DNA from: a candidate division WOR-3 bacterium
GTDB lineage: Bacteria; Hydrothermota; Tepidihabitantia; Tepidihabitantales; Tepidihabitantaceae
Assembly (NCBI GenBank): GCA_020352555.1
Contig: CP070680.1
Location: 1,620,603 to 1,684,602, forward strand
Reading direction: 5' to 3'
Length of the DNA stretch: 64,000 nt
Translations under genes and position numbers: made by a program
Notes under the pieces: model-generated
Database searches by the model: none
Told to the model about the DNA's origin: nothing
What the model saw: the letters and a program-made list of their open reading frames with translations, nothing else
Shown here: piece by piece, positions 18,654 to 27,901 of the stretch
Layout of the letters: every line of letters starts with the position of its first letter
Numbering within the stretch: position 1 is the first letter of the stretch

Positions 18654-20833
18654 TGCGTCTTCACCAGCTTCTGGGACAACTGGAATCCGCTGCTCTCGAG
18701 CCGGCAGTAGTAGACCCCGGCCGAGACACGGTTTCCATCATCGTCCCTGCCGTCCCAGACCGCACCCAGGCGCTGTCCGGCCATGGGGAGCCTGCGAACC
18801 TGCCTGCCGTCAAAGCCGTAGACCACAAGCCCGGTGCCTGGGACAGCTGCTGGAGAGAGACTTATCCTGGTCTGGCCCAGGAACGGGTTCGGCCGTGCCG
18901 ACAGCCTTGGGATCTCTGGCACAGGAATCGGGTCCTGCTGCTCTACCCCGACCACAGGCTCGCCGTATCGCTCAAGCGGGTAGCCCGGAGTCAAGGTCCG
19001 GCCGACCAGTCCGGGGTAGTCGGGTGGATAGCGCGGGCACCGGCCGACGCTGTTGAGCCGGTCCTCTCCCCGCGCATCGAACGGCACCGTGTCGCCCTGA
19101 TGATAGAAGAACGTATCCGATGCCGGGTTGACATAGACCCACACGATCTCGCTGTCCGCTGCGACCTCGAAGAAACGGCCGTTCCGCTGCTCGGCAATCA
19201 GCGTGTTGCCGTTGGGCAGCCGCTGTGCCCCCGAGCCGTTGCGGGAGTAGAAACCGGTCACCGGAGTCTCACCGTACATCCAGACCGGGCCGTCAGGACC
19301 GTGCCGCTCTCCTGGGCCGGGCTGGGGGTAGATGCCCGAATCACCCGAGGTCGGGATGAACTCAACGACCCTCGAGAACTTCAGGGTATCCAGCCTGCCC
19401 CAGCCGTTGTCGAACACCATGATGTTGCCCGCCCCGCGCAGGCCTTCTCTGACCCAGTGGGCATTGTGCTGGCCGAAAAGCTGCTGGTCGGTACTGTCAC
19501 CTCGCCGGTAGGCCCACGGGTTGCCCCAGCGGTAGATGATGTCTCCACCCATCCGGTGCCTGCCGCCGGTATGGCCGCGCGCCTCCTCGGTGGTGGTGCT
19601 GTGGTCGATGACCCAGATCTCGCCGAAGTTGTGGGCGCTGATGATTATCTGGTCGAACTGCTCGTTGTAGTCGAGCGAGTTGGCGTGAATCCAGTCCGCC
19701 TTGCCTCGCTCACCGCTCAGCAGGAAGAAATTAAGGTCCACCAGCTCAGGATGGTCGCCCACGACTCCATAGTTCAGCTTGGTGGAGTCGAAATCCTGGA
19801 TCAGGTGGTCCCACAAGTGCCATTCCCAGACGATGCTGTCGGTCAAAGGGTCGACCTCGACCAGGTGCTCGGGCCAGAGCCTGTTCTGACCCAGCTTCGC
19901 GGTATCGCGACCGGCCGCAATCGCCTCTTCCCGGCTCTTCAGTTCAAAGGCCAGCATCAGCACGTTGCCGTTGGGCAGCGCGATCGCGGCGTGGTGGTGG
20001 CAGCGCAGGCTGTCCGAGTAGTCGTATCCCCAGACCACATCCCCGTCCCAGTCGACCATCTCCACCCTGCCGCCGTTTCGGAAAACCGGATTGTTGAGGT
20101 TCGCCCCGCGGAACAGCATGCCGTTCTCCAGCAGCACCGGCCCACCTACAGGCAGGTAGGTGCTCGGCCAGGAATGGACCGGCCTGCCCTTGTTGTCGAT
20201 CAGAAAGACCCTCCTCGCCGACTGGGGACCGAACAGCGTGTAGCCGTTGGACGACAGGCTGCTGTTGTACTTCTTCAACCCCAAAGTGGTCGAGTCGGCA
20301 GAAAGCTCGAGTACGTAGGCCTGGACCACAGTGTCGCTGTCAGCCAAGTCGTCCCACGTCGGGACCCGCTCGGCCGGCAGCTCGCCGAAATGGAGCGCGT
20401 TCTCGTTGCCTCCTTCGTCATCCGGCTCGCCCGCGGTCCAGTTGCTGAAATCAAACGGCTCCTCGCTCACCCATTCCCAGCCGCTGTCCGGTTCTGGGGA
20501 CCCGGGTCGCTGCCAGCCGCCGATCCACGGGCCGGCATTGAGACCAGACCCTTGTCGCAAGTACCAGTAGATTGGGTCGTCGACCAGATTGAACACAAAG
20601 AAGCTCTCTTCCAGTGACGTGAGTGTCGCTAGGTACCCGCCCGGCACCTGGGCCGAGTCTCTGGCATTGGTCCAGTCAATGCCTCCGGGTACAGCGACCG
20701 CATGATAGTAGTGGACCGAGCTGTCCGGGTGCCCGAACCACGGCTCGGGCTGGGCTCTTGCCGGCAACGCCAGCACGGCCCAGACCAGCACTGTCACCGT
20801 CAGTACTTCGAACTGCACTTGTTTGCGCGTCAA
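18650..20833 (-). CDS. C-type-lectin-like domain / arylsulfate sulfotransferase (ASST) family / T9SS CTD protein
   Basis: Signal peptide. N-terminal C-type-lectin-like pattern (WTNARDSA…GGYLATLTSLEE…WIGGW…WEWVSEEPFDFSNWTAGEPDD…ENALHF). ASST motifs (CHHHAAIALPNGNVLML, WEWHLWDHL, HANSLDYN, FGQHNAHW). CTD …AGVYYCRLESSGFQLSQKLVKTQ. Confidence 0.75.
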   Translation of the reverse strand: MTRKQVQFEVLTVTVLVWAVLALPARAQPEPWFGHPDSSVHYYHAVAVPGGIDWTNARDSAQVPGGYLATLTSLEESFFVFNLVDDPIYWYLRQGSGLNAGPWIGGWQRPGSPEPDSGWEWVSEEPFDFSNWTAGEPDDEGGNENALHFGELPAERVPTWDDLADSDTVVQAYVLELSADSTTLGLKKYNSSLSSNGYTLFGPQSARRVFLIDNKGRPVHSWPSTYLPVGGPVLLENGMLFRGANLNNPVFRNGGRVEMVDWDGDVVWGYDYSDSLRCHHHAAIALPNGNVLMLAFELKSREEAIAAGRDTAKLGQNRLWPEHLVEVDPLTDSIVWEWHLWDHLIQDFDSTKLNYGVVGDHPELVDLNFFLLSGERGKADWIHANSLDYNEQFDQIIISAHNFGEIWVIDHSTTTEEARGHTGGRHRMGGDIIYRWGNPWAYRRGDSTDQQLFGQHNAHWVREGLRGAGNIMVFDNGWGRLDTLKFSRVVEFIPTSGDSGIYPQPGPGERHGPDGPVWMYGETPVTGFYSRNGSGAQRLPNGNTLIAEQRNGRFFEVAADSEIVWVYVNPASDTFFYHQGDTVPFDARGEDRLNSVGRCPRYPPDYPGLVGRTLTPGYPLERYGEPVVGVEQQDPIPVPEIPRLSARPNPFLGQTRISLSPAAVPGTGLVVYGFDGRQVRRLPMAGQRLGAVWDGRDDDGNRVSAGVYYCRLESSGFQLSQKLVKTQ

Positions 20834-21635
20834 GCAGCACCTCTCGTTTGGGGCTCACGAAATACTACTCCGGCCGACGAGGCGGCCGGAAGGGAAAGTT
20901 GGATGCGCCCAGTCTCCGTCTTGTGCTCTTCAGTTAGTCTGACCAGCGCTGGCAAGTCAGGCCCGTACCAAATGCTACCCTACGCCCCGGCCCCATGTCA
21001 ATCCAGAATACGCACCCGAAACTGGCCCGCTGAGGTCCACAATAACAGAACCGGGCAGGGTTGGGCACGCCCGCATCCGAATCATTCGTTCCCTTAGACA
21101 CTGTGCCACTTCGCATCGGTTCCCGCTCGATTCAAACCACCCTCGGCAACGTAGGCAGGCAACCGTCGTGCCGGGCAGATGCAGCTTCCCCGCGCTGACC
21201 TGTGGTGGTCGGTTGGCGAACCGGTACGCATTGGGCAGACCTTGGGCCAGGGCCCAGAAGGGTGGCAGGACAGAACCGGCAGGCAGAGCCTGGACAGAAC
21301 GCATCTGGAAACCGGTCCTGAGACCATGGTCCTGTCCCGGGCCTGAATCCATGCCAGACCACCATGGGACAACTTGTTCAAGCCCCAAATGCGTACAAAC
21401 AGTCGGTCACGTGTTCTGGTACTCTGGACAGAGTGCCCGAGACTGGCCTTGAAGAGAAGGGCAGGTTTCTGCTTCGCAGGATTCACAGGTCTTCCCAGGG
21501 CTGGCCGTGCCACCTGGCCGCGGCCTGGCGATGATACGTATTTGTATCATCGGGAATCCGAGGTTTTTCGCTCCAAGTCACTACCCAACAACGAGTTACG
21601 CGTCTGAGGCCAAAACCACCCCCCTCGTCCCCCCG

Positions 21636-21948
21636 GCTGTTTGGTAGGTTGCTTGGCAGGCTGTTTGGCAAGCTGCTACCCAAGCTGCTTGGCAAGATGC
21701 TGCCCAAGCTGCTTGGCAGGATGCTTGCCAAGCTGCTTGCCAGGATGCTTGCCAGCGTGCTTCCCAAGCTGCGTGCCAGGATGCTTGCCAGGGTGCTTCC
21801 CAAGTTGCTTGCCTTGATGCTTGACAAGCTGCGTGCCAGGATGCTTCACAAACTGCTTGCCAGGATGCTTCCCAGGCTGCTTGCCAAGTTGTTTCCCAAG
21901 TTGCTTGCCAGGCTGTTTGGCAGGTTGCCTGACAGGCTGCACCTAGAG
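21636..21948. repeat. Degenerate tandem minisatellite, ~26 copies of a 12-bp unit (consensus RGMTGCTTGCCA, alternating AGCTGCTTGCCA / GGATGCTTGCCA to give a 24-bp higher-order unit)
   Basis: Read directly from the sequence. All six reading frames are open across it; the + frame encodes a KLLxRMLx repeat and the - frames encode SLGSILAS and GKQLGKHP repeats. Confidence 0.8.
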
Positions 21949-22344
21949 CCTGATGGTGATGTCCTAGATGACAACAGGGACGCTCCCGTCTTCCGAACGA
22001 CGTCAAGGGATACTCGGGATACGAAACCTTCCAAGAGATTGCCGATTGAGGATTGTGGCAGCTGTCAAGCCGGGCGACGGCAAATGCTGACCGCTATGCG
22101 TCCGCATCACTTCTTCCGGACTGCGACCGCGGGGAAGCACTGAACGCCCGGGGACCGGCCAGAGATGAAAGCGGCAGCGGAGCCTGCCCCGAGCCCGCGT
22201 CCAGAAGAGATTGCCACGGCCGCAGACGGCCTCGCAATGACGCGGGCGTGGGGGCTGCCGCAATCCAGAGTCCGGGCCAGAAGTCTTCCTCTGGACTTCT
22301 GTCTGCCACGCGCTAGCCTAACCCAGACAAGAGGACGGCGGAAG

Positions 22345-22625
22345 ACCGTGTGCGCCGAACGCACGAACGGTTGCCGGTAGAGCCCGGCACAGGGAAAGCC
22401 GTGAGAAGCGGCTGCGGTCCCGCCCACTGTAAGCACCGCGCGTCCGTGCGGGGAAAGAACCCCTGCTGCCCGTCACTGGTGTCTGACCGGGAAGACGGCA
22501 GCGAAGCCGCAAGCGGAACCAGAGCGCAGCGCGTCCGAATGTCTGCCTCTGGATTCCGGCAAGTGACTTGCGCGAGACGCAGTCGAGCGGTGACAAGCCA
22601 GGAGACCTGTCCGCCGTCAGGTACA
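22345..22625 (+). promoter_or_regulatory. Cobalamin (B12) riboswitch in the leader of the TonB-dependent receptor gene
   Basis: Conserved core GGTTGCCGG…AGGGAAAGCCGTGAGAAGCGGCTGCGGTCCCGCCCACTGTAAGC, then GTCACTGG…GGGAAGACGGCAG, and a B12 box AAGCCAGGAGACCTGTCCGCC at 22595-22615. Sits immediately 5' of the receptor start. Confidence 0.7.
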
Positions 22626-22663
22626 AACATGCTCCCTGCGAGGAAAGGAGTCCTGTGAATCGC

Positions 22664-24775
22664 ATGACCGCTGCAAGAACCCTGACCGTCTTCTGGCTGC
22701 TGGCAGCATCGGTCGCCGGCGCCGCGTCCTTCTCGGGCTCGGTGCTGGACGCCTACACACGCCAGCCCATCCCCTATGCCGACGTCGCGGTCCACGGTAC
22801 CGGCGTGCACCTGATGGCGGGCAAGGATGGCAGGTTCACGGCTCAGACAACCGGCAACACCGTTGGCCTGACCGCTTCCCGCGTCGGGTACCGGACCCGT
22901 TCCTGGGACCGTCTCGAACCGGCCGAAGGACTGATGCTCTACCTGTTCCCTGAGGTCATCGACCTCGAGGGGGTCACTGTCAGTGCCTTTCGCTACCCGG
23001 TCGCACGGTCCGATGCCGGGCCCGTGACCGTGGTCGAACCGGGTGACAGAGTCGCCGGAGGCGCAAACGACATATCCGACCTGCTGCGTACGACACCGAC
23101 CGCGTTCGGACGCGACAACACCAACTTCACCAGCATCAGCATCCGCGGCACGAATGCCAACCATTCCCTGGTCACGCTCGACGGTGTGAAGCTCAACTCT
23201 GCCCAGAACGGCACATTCGACCTGACCTCTCTGCCTGCGGCAATCGCCGACCGCATCGAAGTCGCGCGCTCCGGCAACTCGGCACTGTACGGCACCAGCG
23301 CGGTCGGCGGGCTCATCGACATCATCACCCCTTCACCCGGCGGCATGTCCGCAAACCTGCGCGCCGGGGTCGGCTCGTTCGGACGCCGCTTTGTCGAGCT
23401 GTCGCACTCGAACCGGGTCACCCCGTTCGGCTACGTTGTCGCAGGCCACTACTCGGAAGCCGACAACGACTTCCCGTACCCGGACACGGCCGGCACGAGA
23501 CGCACCATGGCCGATGCCGACGAGCAGAACCTGAGCCTTTTCGCCAAAGGCGAGACCAGGACCGGCCCGCATCTGCTCAGCCTGCTCGGCGAGTACGGTC
23601 TCAACCGGCGCGGCTCACCCGGCTCCCGTTCGTTCCCGACCGACAGCGCCCGGCGCAACGACGCGCGCGGAATCGGCCAGTTCAGCTACCAGCTCCAGCC
23701 TTCGGACCGGCTCCTGACCGACCTCAAGCTGTTCCTGCACAGATTCTGGCAGAACTATCAGAACCCGGCCGGGTTCGCGCCAGTCAACGACACCCACCTG
23801 CTGTCGAGCGTTGGGGTCCAGGCCTCCCAGACCTGGCACCCGGCTCACTGGGCCCGGCTCATCGCGGGTGTGGAAGCCGACCGCCAGTCTTTGGCCAGCA
23901 CTTCCATCGGCGAGCCGGCACGCACCACGCTCGCGGTCTGGGCCCAGTCCCGTGCCGGGTTCCGTGGCTTCGGCCTGACGCCAATGGTACGTGCCGAACA
24001 ACTGGTGCAGGAACTGCACTCCGACTCAGGCGCAACCAGGACGACTACCCAGGTGCTCAGCCCCAGGGTCACTCTCACCTGGTCTGGGCCCGGATGGCTC
24101 GGCGCGTTCACCGGAGTCGGCCGCTCTTTTCGCGCCCCGACGTTCAATGACCTGTTCTGGCCCGAAGACGCATTCACATACGGCAACCCGTGGCTCAGGC
24201 CCGAGTGGTCGACCAATCTCGACATCGGGGTCGGCGGTGAGCACCGTGGGATTCTGGACTGGTGGCTGGGCTGGTACTGGTCCAGCCTGACCGACCTGAT
24301 CCAGTGGCAACCTGACTCAGCCGGCCGCTGGCGCCCGGTCAATATCGACACCGCCGTCATCACGGGTGTGGAGCTGGAGGCCGCGCTCGACCTTGATTTC
24401 GCGGGTGCGGATGTCGGCCTGAACTGGACCCGAGCCACTTCGCGCGGCGAACGGCTGTATTACCGGCCCGAGTTCATCGCGCGTGCCGAGCTGTGGGCCG
24501 GGCAATCGCTGGAGCAGATGACCGGCCGCATCACGCTCGGCATCGAGCACACGGGCGACCGGCTCACCGACCCGGCCTGGCCCGACACAATCCCTGCGAC
24601 AATGCCGGCGTATACTTTGTTCGACTGCGGGATTCGGCTCGGCCCGAAGCTCAGGACTGCGGATGCGGCACTGGAGTTGGGTGTCAGGAACGTGCTCGAC
24701 ACCAGATACCAGACCGTCCAGGACTTCCCGGTCCAGGGCCGGAACTGGTATCTGGAATTCTCGCTCGGGCTCTAG
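22664..24775 (+). CDS. btuB: TonB-dependent outer-membrane receptor, BtuB-like (cobalamin-type, from riboswitch context)
   Basis: Signal peptide MTAARTLTVFWLLAASVAGAAS. Carboxypeptidase-regulatory-like N-terminal domain (GSVLDAYTRQPIPYADVAVHG…GKDGRF). Plug domain, 22-strand barrel and C-terminal …NWYLEFSLGL. Start taken at ATG 22664. Confidence 0.8.
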   Translation: MTAARTLTVFWLLAASVAGAASFSGSVLDAYTRQPIPYADVAVHGTGVHLMAGKDGRFTAQTTGNTVGLTASRVGYRTRSWDRLEPAEGLMLYLFPEVIDLEGVTVSAFRYPVARSDAGPVTVVEPGDRVAGGANDISDLLRTTPTAFGRDNTNFTSISIRGTNANHSLVTLDGVKLNSAQNGTFDLTSLPAAIADRIEVARSGNSALYGTSAVGGLIDIITPSPGGMSANLRAGVGSFGRRFVELSHSNRVTPFGYVVAGHYSEADNDFPYPDTAGTRRTMADADEQNLSLFAKGETRTGPHLLSLLGEYGLNRRGSPGSRSFPTDSARRNDARGIGQFSYQLQPSDRLLTDLKLFLHRFWQNYQNPAGFAPVNDTHLLSSVGVQASQTWHPAHWARLIAGVEADRQSLASTSIGEPARTTLAVWAQSRAGFRGFGLTPMVRAEQLVQELHSDSGATRTTTQVLSPRVTLTWSGPGWLGAFTGVGRSFRAPTFNDLFWPEDAFTYGNPWLRPEWSTNLDIGVGGEHRGILDWWLGWYWSSLTDLIQWQPDSAGRWRPVNIDTAVITGVELEAALDLDFAGADVGLNWTRATSRGERLYYRPEFIARAELWAGQSLEQMTGRITLGIEHTGDRLTDPAWPDTIPATMPAYTLFDCGIRLGPKLRTADAALELGVRNVLDTRYQTVQDFPVQGRNWYLEFSLGL

Positions 24776-24795
24776 CCGAAGACCGGAAACAGGTT

Positions 24796-26091
24796 CTAGC
24801 GGGTCGCGCTCTCCGCGACCGCGGCAGAATCAGGAACAGGCGGCCCACTGGAGATCCGCCTGAGTTCCCCGATGAAGGTGTCCCGCACCCGCTTGAAGTC
24901 TGCCATGTACTTCTTCGGCACCGGGTCTGCCCTGGGCGGGATGATTCTCAGAGGGTTGACCGGCTTGCCGCCTTTTCGGATTTCGAAATGGAGGTGCGGC
25001 CCGGTCGCATCTCCGGTCGAGCCTATGTACCCGATTGTCTGGCCCTGTCGCGCCCTGCGCCCCTGTCTCACTCCCGGCCCGAACCCGCTCAGGTGCCCGT
25101 AGCGCGACTTCAGTCCGCCTCTGTGCGTGACTTCAACCAGCCTGCCGTACCCTCCCAGCCAGCCCGTAACCGTGACCTGGCCGTCGGCCACGCAACTCAC
25201 CGGTGTGCCGCGAGGGGCCGCGTAGTCCACGCCCTGGTGCGGTCGCCACACCCTGTGGATCGGATGGAACCGGTTCCCGAAATAGGACGTCACCTTCTTG
25301 AACTCGAGCGGTGACCTCAGCACCGTCTTGCGCAGCGACTGGCCCTTCTCGTTGTAATGGTCCCAGTGCCCGTTCGGCAGCCGGTAGTAGAACCCGTAGG
25401 TGTTGTCGGTCCTGCCCTTGTAGTGGACCGCGTGCACCCTGCCGTACCTGTAGAACGTGCCGCCGACCATCAGCCGGTCGAACAGCAGCTCGAACGAATC
25501 GCCGTCATTGGACTCGGTGAAGAAGTCGACGTCGTAGCGCAGGATTTCGGTGAACCGCATCGCCAGCCAGGGTTCTTCGCCCATCCCGAGCAGCGAGTTC
25601 CAGAACGAGCCTGCCACTGTGCCCGACACCGCCGACCTCACCGTGTCGACTTCCCGCACCGTCTTGGCAGCGACCGCGGTACCGGCCGAGTCGAAGTCCA
25701 CCTGGTAGCTGGTGACCATATCCAGGTGGTAGCTCAGCCCGACCAGCTGCAGTCCCCGGTACTTCAGGGTCACCGAATCGCCTGGCTTCAGCCTGCGGAA
25801 GTTGAAGTCGGTCCTGCTCAGAGCGTCCTTGGCCTCGGTGATGACCGGTGAGGGCACCGACATCCGCGCCAGCATCGTCGAGAACACCTCGTACTGCCGC
25901 ATCGTGTCACCGCCGCAGTAGACCGAATCCGGACGCGGCAGCTCGGGCCCGAACGGAATCGGCGCCCGCTTGAGCGCAATCCTGAGCAGGAACACCAGCA
26001 CCGCCACCGCGGCCAGCACACCGACAATGGTCATCGTGGCCGACGCCGGGCTGCGTCGTCGACGCTCGCGCGTTCCCTGGTTTCGCGGCAC
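24796..26091 (-). CDS. M23 family metallopeptidase with N-terminal membrane anchor (Csd3/OapA-like architecture)
   Basis: N-terminal TM helix and a LytM domain (HQGVDYAAPRGTPV…GYGRLVEVTHRGG…HLHFEI). Paralog of 31154-32386. The start may be M20 (MTIVGV…). Confidence 0.8.
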   Translation of the reverse strand: MPRNQGTRERRRRSPASATMTIVGVLAAVAVLVFLLRIALKRAPIPFGPELPRPDSVYCGGDTMRQYEVFSTMLARMSVPSPVITEAKDALSRTDFNFRRLKPGDSVTLKYRGLQLVGLSYHLDMVTSYQVDFDSAGTAVAAKTVREVDTVRSAVSGTVAGSFWNSLLGMGEEPWLAMRFTEILRYDVDFFTESNDGDSFELLFDRLMVGGTFYRYGRVHAVHYKGRTDNTYGFYYRLPNGHWDHYNEKGQSLRKTVLRSPLEFKKVTSYFGNRFHPIHRVWRPHQGVDYAAPRGTPVSCVADGQVTVTGWLGGYGRLVEVTHRGGLKSRYGHLSGFGPGVRQGRRARQGQTIGYIGSTGDATGPHLHFEIRKGGKPVNPLRIIPPRADPVPKKYMADFKRVRDTFIGELRRISSGPPVPDSAAVAESATR

Positions 26092-26094
26092 CGA

Positions 26095-26970
26095 CTACTT
26101 CTCCGGCTCCAGTATCTCGATCTGCTCCGGAAACCTGGCGATCATCTCGGGCGTGCCCCGGTATTCCCTGATGATGCCGCTGACCCTTACCGTCTTCTCT
26201 TTGTAGAAGTCCTTGGCGTTCTCTGGAAATTCGTCCAGGTCGGTGGCGAATATCGCGACCGTGAACGTGCTCCTGAACTCCCCGGCGAAATTCAGGAACA
26301 GCACCTGGTCCGACTGGAAGGTCCGGACGATTGTGCCTTGGACCACTGCCGGCTCGCCGATGTGCTCACCGGCCTCCGACCATGAGATGACGCCCGGTGC
26401 GGAGCCTGCCGCTCCGGCAGAATCGCCTGGTGGCCGCTTTGCCAGCCGATCCCTGAGTAACTCGATGCTCGGCGGGGTGTACACGTTGAACGACCAGAGT
26501 CCCCGGCCGGCCCGGGCCGCCTCGAGTTCGGCCGCCTGGAGCCTGTCCTGGTACTTGAGTCCCTCCTGGTACAGCCGCACCGGCGAGTAGCCGCGCGCCG
26601 CCATCAGCACGCTGACATTGCTGTCCCCGACCCAGACCCAGCGCAGCAGCCGGCCGAAACGGTCGGTATCGCTCCCGTTCGGGTCCGGCTCCAGCCGGAC
26701 CTCACGGCCCGCGATGTACTTCTCGAGCGCCTCGGTCGCGACGTCCCCGCCCGGCTGATATGTCTCCGCCGCGTCCACTCCCAGCATCCTGACATGGTCC
26801 CCGTCCGAAGTCAGGAACGTATCCCCGTCATTGACCCTCACCACCTTCGTCACCTCGTCAGCGGTCGCCGCCGCGAGCCCGACCAGAAGCGCAATCACGG
26901 GGACCGGTGCCGACCAGATGCCCGGGATCCAGGGTTTGTCCTTGGTCCTTTGCACTTCGTCCTTGTTCAT
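26095..26970 (-). CDS. Secreted staphylococcal-nuclease (SNase/thermonuclease)-like protein with C-terminal OB-fold domain
   Basis: SNase catalytic motifs are intact (VNDGDTF, VRMLGVDAAET, GRGLW). C-terminal tRNA_anti/OB-fold-like region (VVQGTIVRTF…VRVSGIIREYRG). N-terminal TM/signal segment. Confidence 0.7.
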   Translation of the reverse strand: MNKDEVQRTKDKPWIPGIWSAPVPVIALLVGLAAATADEVTKVVRVNDGDTFLTSDGDHVRMLGVDAAETYQPGGDVATEALEKYIAGREVRLEPDPNGSDTDRFGRLLRWVWVGDSNVSVLMAARGYSPVRLYQEGLKYQDRLQAAELEAARAGRGLWSFNVYTPPSIELLRDRLAKRPPGDSAGAAGSAPGVISWSEAGEHIGEPAVVQGTIVRTFQSDQVLFLNFAGEFRSTFTVAIFATDLDEFPENAKDFYKEKTVRVSGIIREYRGTPEMIARFPEQIEILEPEK

Positions 26971-27764
26971 TCAAGGACCTCGATCTGCCCCGGGTCATTG
27001 ACGACCATCTCGGGCGCGCCTTCGTACTCCCTGACCGTGCCTGTCACCCGGACGATCCGCTTCTTGTAGAAGTCTTCCGGTCGGGCCGGGAACTTGTGCA
27101 GGTCTCTGGCGAACACGGCTACTTTGAAGTACCTGCGATAGTCCTGGTGGAAGTTCATGATGAACACCTTGTCCGACCGGTAGGTGGCGACCACCGTGCC
27201 GACCACCCTGACCAGCCGGCCGTAGTGCTTGTCCGCGTCAGCCCATGACACGACCTTGAACCCCGGCAGCCCGGACCGGTCGTCGTCGACCAGGTACCTG
27301 TCGATTTCACCCGGCCTGGTCAGGCCTTCGGGCTCGGGGAACACGTCAAACGGCCACAGCCCTTTGCCGATGCGGGCTGCAGCCAACTCCAGACTGCGGA
27401 GAGTGTCCTTTCGGCGCAGAGAAGCCGAATCCGCAGACAGCGCTCCGAACCCCTTGTGCAGCATCATGGCATTCACCAACGTGTCGCCGCAGAAGACGTA
27501 GCGCCGCAGCCCGCCCCGGTCGTCCGGGTCGTCGCTGTCGGCTTCGAGCCTGACCCGCCTGCCCCTTACCAGCTTCTCGAAAACGTCCCGACTGATGTCT
27601 CCGCCAGGCAGGTGGATTGCGGGAACATCCACTCCGAGCAGTATCACCTGCTGGCTGTCCGAAGTCAGAAACGAATTGCCGTCGTACACCTTGTCCACGA
27701 GTACCCTGTCTGCCCCGGCTGCGACCGCAGCCGAGGTCAGGATCAGGGTCAGGGCTGTCCGCAT
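26967..27764 (-). CDS. SNase-like/OB-fold paralog with a degenerate active site (predicted inactive)
   Basis: Same architecture as 26095-26970, but the Ca/catalytic positions are changed: DGDT to DGNS, RMLGVDAAET to ILLGVDVPAIH (Arg and Glu lost). Signal peptide MRTALTLILTSAAVAAGA. Confidence 0.6.
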   Translation of the reverse strand: MRTALTLILTSAAVAAGADRVLVDKVYDGNSFLTSDSQQVILLGVDVPAIHLPGGDISRDVFEKLVRGRRVRLEADSDDPDDRGGLRRYVFCGDTLVNAMMLHKGFGALSADSASLRRKDTLRSLELAAARIGKGLWPFDVFPEPEGLTRPGEIDRYLVDDDRSGLPGFKVVSWADADKHYGRLVRVVGTVVATYRSDKVFIMNFHQDYRRYFKVAVFARDLHKFPARPEDFYKKRIVRVTGTVREYEGAPEMVVNDPGQIEVLE

Positions 27765-27901
27765 TTCGTTTGAATCAGGTTCCGCTCGGGTGCAGGATTC
27801 TAGCACTTGTCCGCCCCGAAATCAACAGCACTGTATCGCGACGGTCGCTGTTGACATTGCCTGATGCTCAGCTTAGTATGCGCCCAACAGGTACAAGGAG
27901 C

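Noticed and set aside
19100-20617. 505-aa + strand ORF
   Set aside because: Antisense to the lectin-ASST gene; low-complexity sequence.
20990-21400. Possible RNase P RNA (an ACAGAACCGGGC stretch resembles the P4 3' strand)
   Set aside because: Other universal RNase P elements (GGAAAGTCCGGGC, AGGGTGAAA…GGTAAGAGCGCACC) are not present on either strand.
21636-21948. CRISPR array
   Set aside because: The units are contiguous 12-mers with no unique spacers, so this is a minisatellite, not repeat-spacer architecture. No cas genes are present.
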